A stretch of DNA of 64,000 bases, from assembly GCF_041146345.1 (NCBI RefSeq), contig NW_027191406.1, positions 930,001 to 994,000 on the forward strand, read 5' to 3'. The notes beneath the pieces are model-generated. The model saw only the letters and a program-made list of their open reading frames with translations, did no database searches and was not told where the DNA came from. Shown one piece after another: positions 13,449 through 24,971 of the stretch. The stretch is from Neodothiora populina. Its lineage: Eukaryota. A program made the position numbers and the translations under genes. Positions within the stretch are counted from its first letter, which is position 1. The number at the start of each line of letters is the position of its first letter.

Positions 13449-13772
13449 TTACTTGGTAGGGTGGATCTTCTCAGGAAGGGCATCCTCGAGACCCTTCGGG
13501 GCGATCTCCTGGATCTTCTGAGGGACCTTTGAAGGGCCAGTGGCGTGGGAGACGCCGCCACTGCTCTGGGCAGCCTTGTCTGAGCCGGCACCGGTGTCGT
13601 GGACGCTGTTGGGCAGAGCCTTCTCAACGCCGGCGGGGACCTTCTCCTGGACCTTTCCGGGGACTGGAGAACAAGTTAGCTGGTGGTGTGTAGAGAAGGA
13701 ACAGAGAGGAGGCTACGAACCCTTGGAGCTGTTGACGGGGTCAACTGCGTGGGACTGGTTGGTGGAGGACAT
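13449..13772 (-). CDS. Small hydrophilic fungal protein (~88 aa) made of two imperfect repeats
   Basis: Exons 13772-13721 and 13663-13449 (intron GTTCGT...GCTAAC...CAG) give MSSTNQSHAVDPVNSSKVPGKVQEKVPAGVEKALPNSVHDT...SHATGPSKVPQKIQEIAPKGLEDALPEKIHPTK, with strong codon bias. Confidence 0.8.
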
Positions 13773-15423
13773 TCTCTTGGATCTGAGGATGAACGATAGA
13801 ATGTTGTTGTTGGACTTAGTGGTGCGTCTTAGAATAGCAGATGAGTTCATTTGGATGATGAGATACAAACCAAAACGAGCATGAGCATGGCATCTTATAT
13901 ACTGCTCCAAGTCTCACTAGTCCTTCATCCTACCTAGTGCATGTGCACTCTCACACGCCTTCTACGCCTCATCGATGACTTTGCGCATGCGCAAGGGGAC
14001 GGACTAGTCATCGTCAAGGTACTGCACCAGTCAGTCGGGAGATGTCATCACGCAATTGATCCCTCAATGTTCGGAGCAATGCAGCAGTCCGGTGTGTACG
14101 AGCCTTGCCGTTACCTCGCTAACCTCTATTTGGATAAATATACGCTGATGACGTTTGTTTCTTTCTTGCCACATACGGGTTTAGCTTCAGTGAGATGGTA
14201 CAACAGGGGACCCCCACCACACCCCGCTTTTTGTCTACTGTTGGAGCTGTCACTGGATGGATATGACCTGGCTTCTTACGAGTGGTCGTGCATTTGGCGA
14301 TGACAAGGAGCGTCAATGCACAGCCGCGATCTGGGTAAAGTCAGGTACAGTGAGATAGACTGTCTCACGGCCGATGGTCGAAGTAAGTTTTGTTCGGGGT
14401 GGAAGTTGCTCCGAGAAACGCAGACACATGTGCGAGTACGCCACCTGAATGTGATTCCGTATCACGTTGCATCAAGGTCTCGACAAAGACTGTACAGTGC
14501 TTTACTGCTCGCTTGCTGTTTCGCATCGCTATGCATTCCCTTTGACCAGTAGGAAATGCAGTGGATTCATCTTTTGTGGTTGCCCGACCATGTTCTCCAA
14601 GACCGGGCAGGGGTCTACAGCCACATGTGGGGAGGTCAGTCTGACAACCATGACGAGACTTTTGCTAGTGCACATCAATCCCATGAGCACAGAAGTCGAC
14701 GTGGCATTTCCAGCATCTGGCCTGGTCGCTTGGCCTCTGTCTGATTCGTTGCTGCCTGTTCGACTTCCTTCGGGTAGTGGAAATGGCGTTTATTCCTTGA
14801 CTCTTGTCGTGCTCATTATGATGCGTACAAGCTTGAGCTCTGAGGCGAGAGTGCGAGGTGGTCTTACTCCTCGGAAGCGGGGAAACGAATTGATCCGGGC
14901 AAGGTAGTGGAGATTGCTTATGGCGCTCCCTCGCGCACCTATGCATTCCATTGACATTGACAATACTTGATGACGTGGAGGCATTTTGGAATAGCTTCGT
15001 GGGTTGCTGTCGAGTTCAGGTAGAAGCGAAGCATAGTCTGTATCTGGACGCATCGTAATCATGACGGGATTCGGTAGAAGTGCCCGGCCTTCAATCCAGG
15101 TCGCGATCAAAAGCCGGGTTTTGACGGGCACCCTGTCCGCCGCACGAGTGAACCAAGTCAATGATCTCAAGCACCTTCAGTCAAATCAGTCTTATATTTG
15201 ACCTGGATTTCGAGGTACTGGAGGGCTCGACCGAATGAGGTGCATCTCATTCTGCTGGCCCTTGTGCTTTCGAAGACTATTATCACTCGTAATCACTGTT
15301 GAAACGTAGCTTCCATAAGGAACATACAACATATCTCGTTATTTCTGGCTGGCCCCCAAGTCAAACCTTTAGAACAATACCCATGTACAAAACTACTTAT
15401 CACACCCTTTTCACTTTTGCCAA

Positions 15424-16235
15424 TTACACACGGTTCTTGGCCTCCCACTCCTTCGTCTTCATGACCGTAACACCCCACCCCTTGAGTTCAGCAATAGTGT
15501 CATCCTTAAGCTGCTGCGTCGGGGCCTCGGTGGCGTCCTCCAACAAGATGACCTCGAAGCCCAGCTTGATGCCGTCGATACTCGTGCCCCTGACACAAGC
15601 GTTTGTGACAAGACCACCAATGACAATCCTCTCGATGCCGTGAGCATGCAGCTCGGTCTGCAGAGTAGTGAACTGGTAATGCTGGTTATCGGCGAACGCA
15701 GAGTAGGAGTCCACGGTGTGGTTCTGCGCCTTCTTGATGTAGTTGACTGATGTCCTGAAGCCCTCTAGGTTGTGCAGACGAGTGCTGATGCCGTTCTCGA
15801 GCTCAGAGCCCCAGGTCTCGGGGACGCAGTGAGGCGTGTAGAGCGTTTGCAATTCCCACTTGGTGGTCGGGTCCGCGACGAAGGGGTCCATGACTGTGTC
15901 GCCACTGGCCTTGCCCGGGTGGCTGGTGTAGAAGCTGACATGGTCCGATGGGTGCCAGTCTTGAGACGCGATGATCAGGGGCCAGTCATGCTTGTCCAGC
16001 AGACGGTAGAGTTGGGGCAGGATTGCCGGGGCTCTGAGACTTCCCAGCGAGCCATTCACAAAGTCGTTCTGGACATCGATGATGACAAGAGCCGTGTTCT
16101 TGTGCAGGTGTGGGTTATACTACATCTGTTACTTTCCGAATCGAGGCAGAAATGTGTTTGCTTACATACTGGCACAGCAACAGCAGAGGAGATGATGCTC
16201 GCTACAGCAAAAGCTACAGACTTGGAGAAAAGCAT
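15424..16235 (-). CDS. Nicotinamidase/pyrazinamidase-like isochorismatase-family hydrolase with an N-terminal signal peptide
   Basis: Exon 1 reads MLFSKSVAFAVASIISSAVAVP; intron 16169-16120; then ALVIIDVQNDF, SQDWHP, PHCV, IKK..DSYSAF and GLVTNACV. Confidence 0.85.
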
Positions 16236-16966
16236 GATGTGTAGAACGTGACACGGTGATCGAGTACGAGTCTTACTGTCTATACCAAACGAAACCAAAA
16301 ACTACGGATCTCACAAAAAAAAGATGCCATACGACTTGTAGTATTTATATTAGCTTCGACCAGACCACACACGTCCATGGACCCACTATCGGAAAGCCGA
16401 TAGATAGATAGCCGTGTGTTCCTGGCGGGCTGATATGCAAATGCAAGTCAGCGAGCCGATCCTATCATGAGATCTACCAGCTATCAGCACATTCCGATAT
16501 AGGGCAGGCAAGCTTGGCGGGACGGGGGCTTGGGAGATCTGTTGCGGCGTCGGGACTGGGCGATATGTGCGAGCTGAAGAGATAGCTGACCATGAGTGAT
16601 TGCCAATCCCGTCCCAGGCCTTGTTGAAAACACATACAGGTAGGAGTTGATGGGGGAAGATGGCTCGGCCGGTGGCTTGAAAATGTTCCAGACATCCTGG
16701 CTTAGCTCGCCTAGACTTATGTGAAGGCTCTTCTGAACTTTGATTAGGGTACGAGGATGTGGCTTTGTCCTCCACTCTTGAGCTGTTGTGTACTTACTGA
16801 GTAGCTACAGTCAAAGTTGGGTCGAGATAGGTGACGTCCACCGAGTAAAGAGGAGCGTGGAAAGTAAGCGAGTGGTGGACAGGGTCGCCTCATCGCTTGG
16901 TGGTGGGTGGAACGACGGCGGAGTGGAGGGCGGAGGGGGGAACACTTGGCATATTGGAAACACCGC

Positions 16967-17005
16967 AGCTCCGCCCGCCGCGCGTGGGTGAAGCTGCCTG
17001 GAGCT
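16967..17005. promoter_or_regulatory. Two GGAGCT hexamers (opposite orientation) upstream of the proteasome subunit gene; candidate Rpn4-type sites
   Basis: AGCTCC at 16967-16972 and GGAGCT at 17000-17005, about 180-215 bp before the PRE9 ATG. I recall GGAGCT as the proteasome-regulon motif of filamentous ascomycetes. The motif is short and could be chance. Confidence 0.3.
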
Positions 17006-17182
17006 ACAGTGAGGCAATGCCTTGATATTAGATGTACATATACAGCGTTCATCATCTCTCGTCAACCGACAATAACCACTCGCTTGTTTTGCATCTGATC
17101 ACTTCTCTTCTCCAAAGCCATAGCGAAAGACTGCTCCTCTGCTGCTCGTCATAACACAACAACAACAACTCGCGCAGCCACA

Positions 17183-18153
17183 ATGTCGAGAAGATACGAT
17201 TCAAGAGTACGAAGTGCCTGCCTGTCTCTGCCGTCATCATCTTTGACTAACCTTCATTGCTTCTCCTTCTAGACGACCATCTTCTCCCCCGAAGGTCGTC
17301 TGTATCAAGTCGAATACGCCCTCGAGGCCATCTCACACGCCGGCACCGCCATTGGCATCTTAGCACAAGATGGAATCGTCCTGGCGGCCGAACGCAAGGT
17401 CACCAGCAAGCTATTGGAACAAGACACATCCGCCGAGAAGTTGTACATCTTAAACGAGTGCGCATCTGCAGACCGTCGGAAACAGACCAGATCAGACCTC
17501 TAATCTCTCCTTCACAGCAACATGATCTGCGCAGTAGCAGGCATGACAGCAGACGCCAACATCCTCATCAACTACGCCCGTCAAGCAGCCCAGCAATACC
17601 TCCTGACCTACAACCAAGAAATCCCCTGCGAGCAGCTCGTCCGACGACTTTGCGATCTCAAGCAAGGCTACACCCAACACGGAGGCCTTCGTCCCTTTGG
17701 TGTTTCCTTCATCTACGCCGGCTACGACGCCCAGCGCCACTTCCAGCTCTACCAGAGCAATCCCTCCGGCAACTACGGCGGCTGGAAGGCCACCTCGGTC
17801 GGCGCGAACAACGCCAGCGCCCAGAGTCTGCTCAAGCAGGACTACAACGAGGAGTGCAATCTCAAGGAGGCCTGTGGACTGGCAGTCAAGGTGTTGAGCA
17901 AGACCATGGACTCGACCAAGTTGAGCAGCGAGAAGCGTACGACTTTGTTTTCCTTTCATCATTCCCTGTATCTCTGCTAATCCACATCTGTCTAGTCGAA
18001 TTCGCCACCGTCGGCCGAACAAAGTCTGGTCAAATATACCACCACCTTTGGGGCGCCGAGGAGATTGATGCCCTACTCAAAGAACACGGTCTGGGCAAGC
18101 CGGCCGACGCAGAAGTGGCAGATCAAGATGCCGGCACCACCGGTCTGGCTTGA
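17183..18153 (+). CDS. PRE9: 20S proteasome subunit alpha-3
   Basis: [32 protein letters not shown]..., [14 protein letters not shown] and [10 protein letters not shown]; three canonical introns. Confidence 0.96.
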
Positions 18154-19785
18154 AACGAAGACGGAGGAGAAGGCATAATCCTTGGTCAATGCAGGGGAAT
18201 CGAGCGACCATGTACAATTAATCATCATCAGACAATCAAGATGGAATGACAGCATCTCGAGTCAAGTAGGCGAAAAGCTGCGCCGACAAAGGGAAAATAA
18301 GAGCAGGGAGAATGAATGAGAATAGTAACAAGCACATGGTCGTCTTTCCGCATTCCTGCTTATGAAAAGGGGGGAAAAGGGAGAGACTACCTAGACAGCA
18401 GCAGCGCTCAGAACAGCGCCGAAGAAATGCCAATTTTCGCGAGCTCGGCTCGTCTTGACTCGGTTTGGACTTCAACGTAGGAAGCTATAATCTTCAGAGC
18501 AGATTCTCGAGTCCCATGCTACGTACGTCCAAGTTGAAATTGTAACCCGTATCTCTTCGCGACTTCTTCAGTCTTTCGATATCCTCGAAAGGAAGATAGA
18601 GGATTCTGAGAACACAACAACTCAAGTGAGAAGGTGGTAGTGTAGTACTTACGCTACCTTGCTACATCACACCATCGCATCCAAGCAGATAAGAAAAGAG
18701 CAGAACAAGAGAGATAGAATGAGGCGGGTCTGGTGTATAGGACGATAGTATTATAGTATATGATGAAATCCAAGATTGTGTTAGAATATAAGGTAGGGAT
18801 CGAGGACTGAGAAGAGGTGTCAGAGCTGGCAGGAGCGAGCTGTGGATGAGCAAGCAAGGCCAAGTAGCAACAACAAAGGAAGGTAGCGATATCTGGTCAA
18901 AGCAGATGCTTCGAGACAAGGGGCTGAGGTGACAATTTAAACAGAGAACAGTCTGACCAGCTAAGTAGACATATCGACAACAAATCAACCGAGTACGATG
19001 CTGAGAACGGATGCAACAAGATTCGAAACACAAAAAACAATCATCACATAACGTAAAGTAGACAACAATAACAACAGAAACAGTGTCCTGACCCCTTCTC
19101 ATTCCCGTGGGATAAAAGAGGATGAAGTTATTCCCGCAAGACAAAAAAAAACGATTGGAATAATGGTATCAGGAATGAATAAACAAACACCGGTAAATGG
19201 CAAACCCTATCATCATCATCGTCTCCTTCTTCTTCCTTCTCTTTACCTTTCCTTGAATCCGCCCTCTCTGACCTTTCTTTTCCTCTTTTACCACTCTTCG
19301 CCTTCCTCCGTGGTTTTGAAGAGTTGTGGAGCAAATGGAAATGAATGATGGGCAAGAGCATGTACCATCCAACCGCTCTGCCTCCCTCGCCTTCTACTCG
19401 ACTGGTTGTGTATGAAAGAGTTAGGAAAAAATGGAAACAAGACATCCAAGCAAACGAATGAACAAAAAACGCCTTTAGTCGCCAATGTCTATGATTGATG
19501 TTCAGATCATGTATTGAGGATCTCGGTTGTTGAGAAGGGCAGCGTCGATGTACAGGGGTAAAACATGTCAATACTGATCTATGACGTCCGGTCCGTACCA
19601 GTCGGTGTCGGCGGTTATGTTAGATGTTAGGTTTTGATGTTGCAGACGTGCGGTGGACATGGTAGTGAAGTGAACGACTGTCAGCTTCATAATGCTTACA
19701 GCACTGCTCGCGCATCGTGTGGTTTCGGGGCCAGACACTCCGCACGACCAGATGTATATTCGTGTGAGCTCTTCGAGAGCGATTC

Positions 19786-21946
19786 TCAATTGCCAACAAC
19801 CACTCTGGCGCCTTCTTTGCCCAAAACACCTCTTTCTCGCTCTTTGCCTGCCTTGGGACTTCGATCTCTGCCCTTCTTGCGGCCGAGGAAACCGAGCATA
19901 CCAGATGGTTTTTGCCGCTCCTCGGGGACTTGTATTAAGTTCTGGCTTTGGTTGGCCATGTCGGTCCAGCTACCCGTCTCGTTGAGGACTACCTGCACGC
20001 CTCCACTCATAGACGTTGATCTTGTACTCCCACGAGGCCTGTGTCGACCAGACGAATGTGACGTTAGGGGGGTTCCTTGGCAGCTGCCGAATCGTCGTAT
20101 CTGACATTGCGGGGTTTCTGGGAGGGCTGACCATGACCTGGGGCTCCGTATTCGTGCCTTCCCGGCGAAGTAGACGGCGGCGGCGGCCCTGCTTGCATGG
20201 CCGCTGTGACCAGGGGCGGCGAACCATTTGGTGAATGTGTTGATGATCGTGCTCGTGATGCATTATGGGGAGTTTGTGACAAGGGTGTTGGTATTGATTG
20301 TGGTTTGCTGCTGTAGTCTTGCACAGGCGCTTCGCCTGATCTGGAAGGCGGCGGTGCTCGCCGAGGGGAGCCTGTGGACAGCTCGGCCGGATGGTCCGTG
20401 GTAGTCGCGGTACCTGGCGGCAACGATGCGGGATTTCTTGGTCATGTTAGCGCATACACATAATCGATTTCCCGCAGAACTTGCCTTTGCTCGGGTACAG
20501 TGGTGTAATTGAATGGCTCGAACATTGTCTCGATCATGCGATGAAGCTCGTCCGCTCGAATCTCGGCCTCGGTGGCGTCCGGGCGGAGTTCCGGCCGAGG
20601 CTTCTGCTTCCTTGTTCTTGCCTCCAATGGAGCCTCTTCCAGCAATAACTCCTCCAGGTCGTAGGTGGCATCAAAGTTCGTCTTCTCACTGGACGGTTTG
20701 AAGATGGGGTCGATTTCTTTGTTTTCTAGTGCTTCGAAGTCGAGTTGACGGAAGAAGGGGTTGTCCATGAAAGACTCGAATGAGGCGGCGCCTATTCTCT
20801 GGCTCTTGTCTTTTTCTAGAAGTGAACTTATGGCGTGCATGCACACCATCGAGACAGGAGGGTTGGTGACGGGGAAATTCGGCTCTCCTTTGACGATAGA
20901 TTGTATTAATTGATCGTGGTGATGGCCTTCGAAAGGTCTCTGCAGGGGTGATGTCAGCTTTTGTACGATAGCCGGCGGGAAACTACATACCTTGTTATAG
21001 ATACACTCGTAAAATACAACACCAAGCGACCACCAATCGCACTCGGCACCGTAGCCTTTACCTCTGTAAACCTCGGGGGCCAAGTAAGCTAGTGTGCCTG
21101 ATCTACTTGTCAAGGCTTTTCCTGGCGTTAGATCTGTCGCTACATTCTAGAATGGTATCAGTACCGATGCATGAAGAAAGTTTGGGTGGCATTGTACGTA
21201 CAAAATCTGCCAGATGAACATGGCCGTCCGAATCTAATAGCACATTATCGGGCTTGACATCGCGGTGAACGATGTTTTGGCCGTGGATATACCGTAGAGC
21301 ACACCCGAGCTCTGCTATCCAGAATCGAACAGCCTCTTCTGTAAAGGACTTTCTGGAAATGTGAAAGCGTAGGTCACCACCTGTCATGAGGTCCACAACA
21401 ATATATCTGATGTTGTCAGCTCAGGGAGGTAAGTGTAATCAGAAAATAATGTAACATACAGATACTCGACATCTTGAAAACTATATCTCAAATTACACAG
21501 GAAAGGGTGATTTAGATGTTCCAGCATGCGTCTCTCGCGGATCATGTTGCGAACGCTCTCGGATCGCACGACTTGATAGATGTCAGATGATGGCCCAATG
21601 CTTCACGGTAGCGTAGCTGATGGCTTACCTTCATCTTTACGGATGTATTTTAGAGCAAAGGTCAGGCCTGTGTCTTTGCGCTCTACTATCCTGACTTTTC
21701 CAAAGGCTCCCTTGCCGACTACTCGTAAAAGGCGGAAATGGTCGAGGCTGACTACAATCGAAGAACTCATGTGTCAGCTAAGTGTAACCATGACTTCCAA
21801 GCTCTTTTTCTTCTCAACATGTCCCGAATTGCCTATGCTACCAGCCCGTAATTCCAAATGGGGCATGTAGAAAAAGTAAAAAGGGCGGAGGGAGGTGCCT
21901 CACCTTCGTTGGTAAAGACAATGGGCTTGCCACTCGAATTCCCCAT
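19786..21946 (-). CDS. AGC-group YANK/STK32-like Ser/Thr protein kinase (multi-exon; frame discontinuity near 20070)
   Basis: MGNSSG start (possible myristoylation), [24 protein letters not shown] in place of DFG (STK32 hallmark), [23 protein letters not shown] and C-terminal [11 protein letters not shown]. At least six introns, one of them GC-AG. Confidence 0.88.
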
Positions 21947-22619
21947 TCTTTCGAGCTCTTCGTTTCGTTTGGGTTTCAGCTTCTCTATCAGAAGGGCGGC
22001 GTGGATTCGTCTTTCATTCAATAATCATGATCATGTGCTGGTGAACGATGTGTGGCAGGGAGAGTTGCGGTGTGAAGGGCCGCGGACTGCTCTGGGTAGT
22101 TCGGGGGAAGCGAGCTCAAGCAGAGAGCAGACACGGAAGGCTTGTCGAAGACAGCAAAGACATGACCCGGGTGAATGTGGTGCAGGGGAACCATGTAACA
22201 GCGGAATAATTGCAGTGGTTGTTGTTATTGTGATGATGGTAGAGTAGAGTGAAGTGTGGACTGGACAAGTCGCAATCCTGGCGTTCTGCAACGTCGTGCC
22301 TGCTCGAATTGAAATGTAGAGAGAGAGTTGTCGGCCCAGGATAAAGAAGGTACAGTAGCGCACTACTACTACTGAGGCAGGCACCCTCTCTGTCTCTGTC
22401 TCTCTCTCTCTCACCCAAACTCCACTCAGTACCCTCTGTACCCTTTCAAGTACCTCTCGTACCTCACTTCTAGGACAGTACAGCAACCTTGGACAGCTCT
22501 AGTACCACTCAGGGAAACGTGCGCGTGCAGGGCGGCCAAGCTTGGAAACGTCCGTCGACTAAAATTACCCCAGAATCAAGAAAAAGTACATTATTAGACC
22601 GAAACAGCTCGCTGACCGA

Positions 22620-22649
22620 CGTAGCTGCGCGTAGCTGCGCGTAGTTGCG
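22620..22649. repeat. 10-bp tandem repeat (CGTAGCTGCG)x3
   Basis: cgtagctgcg cgtagctgcg cgtagttgcg is directly visible. Confidence 0.8.
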
Positions 22650-23871
22650 AGGGTGCAATAGCTTAGGATCCTGATCAACTACTCCTCGATCAGGGTTAGG
22701 AGCTGCTTCTTCTTCATATCCATCTGTGCCTGATCTGCCTTCTGAAACCGTGAACCGTACTTTCTCTGATAAAACTTATTTCTTGGTATGGGGAAAGGGC
22801 GTCTGCTGCCCATGAACCCCCTTTCCCTGCCCGTCAGCCTATTGGCTATCTGCACCCAGGACCACCTGTTGACGTCCATGCCCTTGCTGCAATCACCTTT
22901 TTCTACTCAGGGCCTCTGCGGCTTATCAGCTTCGCTTCTTACTCGAATATCTTATTTCACGAATTTCCATAAATGGTGGCATTGGCCAGGCATTCTGTTT
23001 ACGCCTTTGTGGATCAGCCTGGTGTCGACTGACTCTACACTTCCGAACGAACAAGACCTGTTGCCACGTGTGCAGCCAGTGTCTAGAAGCGTGAGCGTGC
23101 ATATCTGACCCATGAGTCTGGTAGATTACCAGCAACGCAAACAACTGTGGTACATCTCATCTGTAGCCCTTTGCAAACCGAGGGTCATGACTTATCTCAG
23201 CTTACTTCATCTAACATTATCATCATCAGCGGGTTCCGCTGGACACGACTCGGGTCTCAGCTCTGTTCCGGAGTTTTGTCCTTAGCCCGCCGTTCGCCGC
23301 CATATCTCTCATTATTTTACCACTGTCCCTTCTCTACTGCGACGGTACCTCGGGTGCCTCGCATGTAATGTCACCAAACAACAACTTGTACTTGCGGATA
23401 TGCACAAAAGGGTGAGAAGTATATCAGATGCTGCATGCACCTTAGCTCTCTTTTGTATGCCATCGAAACATCTTGCAGACTTCTGGAAGGGCTTGGCTAC
23501 CCATGTACCCAGCGGCCCACAGCAGTAGCTGAACTATGATACCTAAGGTACTGTACCTTACCTTGCCTGCCCTGTGTGCTGCACTTTTCTGTCCTGCTGA
23601 GGGTGTTCCCGGGGAGGAGGTTCCTCTCCGCCGGCAAGCAGCCCCACTCAGGGTAGCCCTATACAAGTACAAGCTCGGCAAGTTTTATGGGAAACGTTGG
23701 AGCTCGACCCTAGGACGAGGATGCTGCTGTTGTGCTAATAACCATGCTTCCAATTTCCCCATGATATAGAAACCCATGCGCCAAAGTGAATGCCTACTAC
23801 CGGTCCGCGCGCTCGAAGTGTTATAAAATATGCGAACCTCGGTTCGTCCAGAGATATTACTGTCAGCACGA

Positions 23872-24971
23872 TCACACCTCGTCCATGGTCCCGGCTGGCT
23901 CTTCATCGTCCGCACTGTCATAACTTCCTACGCTGCTCATCTCGTCATCGTCCTCCGAGTCCTCTCCCGCGTCGTCTGCGGCCTCCTTGGACGCATACTT
24001 GGTCACGTATTCTACCTTTCATCAGTATGCCAGTAATCTTCGACTGTTCTGTATGCTTCCCATCCTCTTACCTTTGACCTTTACATCGTAATTTTTCGGA
24101 TCCCTCATCATCAATGCCGCGGCTTCTCCGTTGAGCGGATCCGTCGGGTTTGGATATCGGAGTAGTTGTGGAAGGAAAACCTCAAAGATGTTGACCATGT
24201 CGTACATCGGCGACCAGGTTTGGTTGATCACATCGAGACAAACACTGCCCGACCTAGAGATGAGGAACGATGGTCAGCTCTATTCATATACGGACACGGA
24301 GGACCATAAGGTATAGGTACATAGGGCATCTTACAATTCATCGATGTTTGGGTGGAATATGCGATTAACAAATCCGATACTTGGACTCTTGTAAGGGTAC
24401 TGATCAGGTAGCTCCACGTGTATCTTCCATAGTCCGCCGGCAAAAGGTGCTAGGAGATGTCAGCGCCGTCTCGATCCTTTGCGATGCTGTCCGTACTCTC
24501 TTCAGGTCCCTTGAACCGAACATAAAACTCTTGCCTAATTATGGTCAGTCAGATGGAGAGACTTTTGCGACGATGTTATTGCGTAGGAAAACTGACACTA
24601 TCAAAGTAAATCAGTAGGATGCTTTTACAAAATGTAGCGAATTGAACAGCTGCAAGTGCCATCATTTGTTAAAGGGAAGTCATACTGTTATCGTTGACTA
24701 GAGTAACCTCATAATCACTCATGAGCCTGGTGCTCTTGGTCAGTATGTAGATTCGCTCGGACCTTCAACGCCCTCGACGCGACTATGCAAGTGATTGTAC
24801 ATACATCCTGCCATTATGTCAGTACTTGCAGATTATTGTACTTGTCGACTACGACCTACTTCATGACCTGTTACGCATAACAAGATCTGTCAGCAGCGTA
24901 TTCTTCACCCCGATCGCCAGTATGCTGCTTGGACCTACGTCTGTTTCGATCCGACGCTTTGGACTACTCAT
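23872..24971 (-). CDS. UBC8: Ubiquitin-conjugating enzyme E2 Ubc8/UBE2H, 9 exons, 186 aa
   Basis: Exons 24971-24939, 24867-24860, 24807-24805, 24726-24686, 24597, 24534-24497, 24449-24335, 24253-24072 and 24011-23872 total 561 nt. They give [44 protein letters not shown]...[23 protein letters not shown]... with an acidic tail. Confidence 0.95.

Noticed and set aside
14300..15250. Several 90-150 aa ORFs, one with CWKC..FCAH
   Set aside because: No coherent gene model or family motif in any frame.
17257..18153. 298-aa ORF over the proteasome gene
   Set aside because: Off-frame read-through of PRE9 exons and introns; only its last part is the true final exon.
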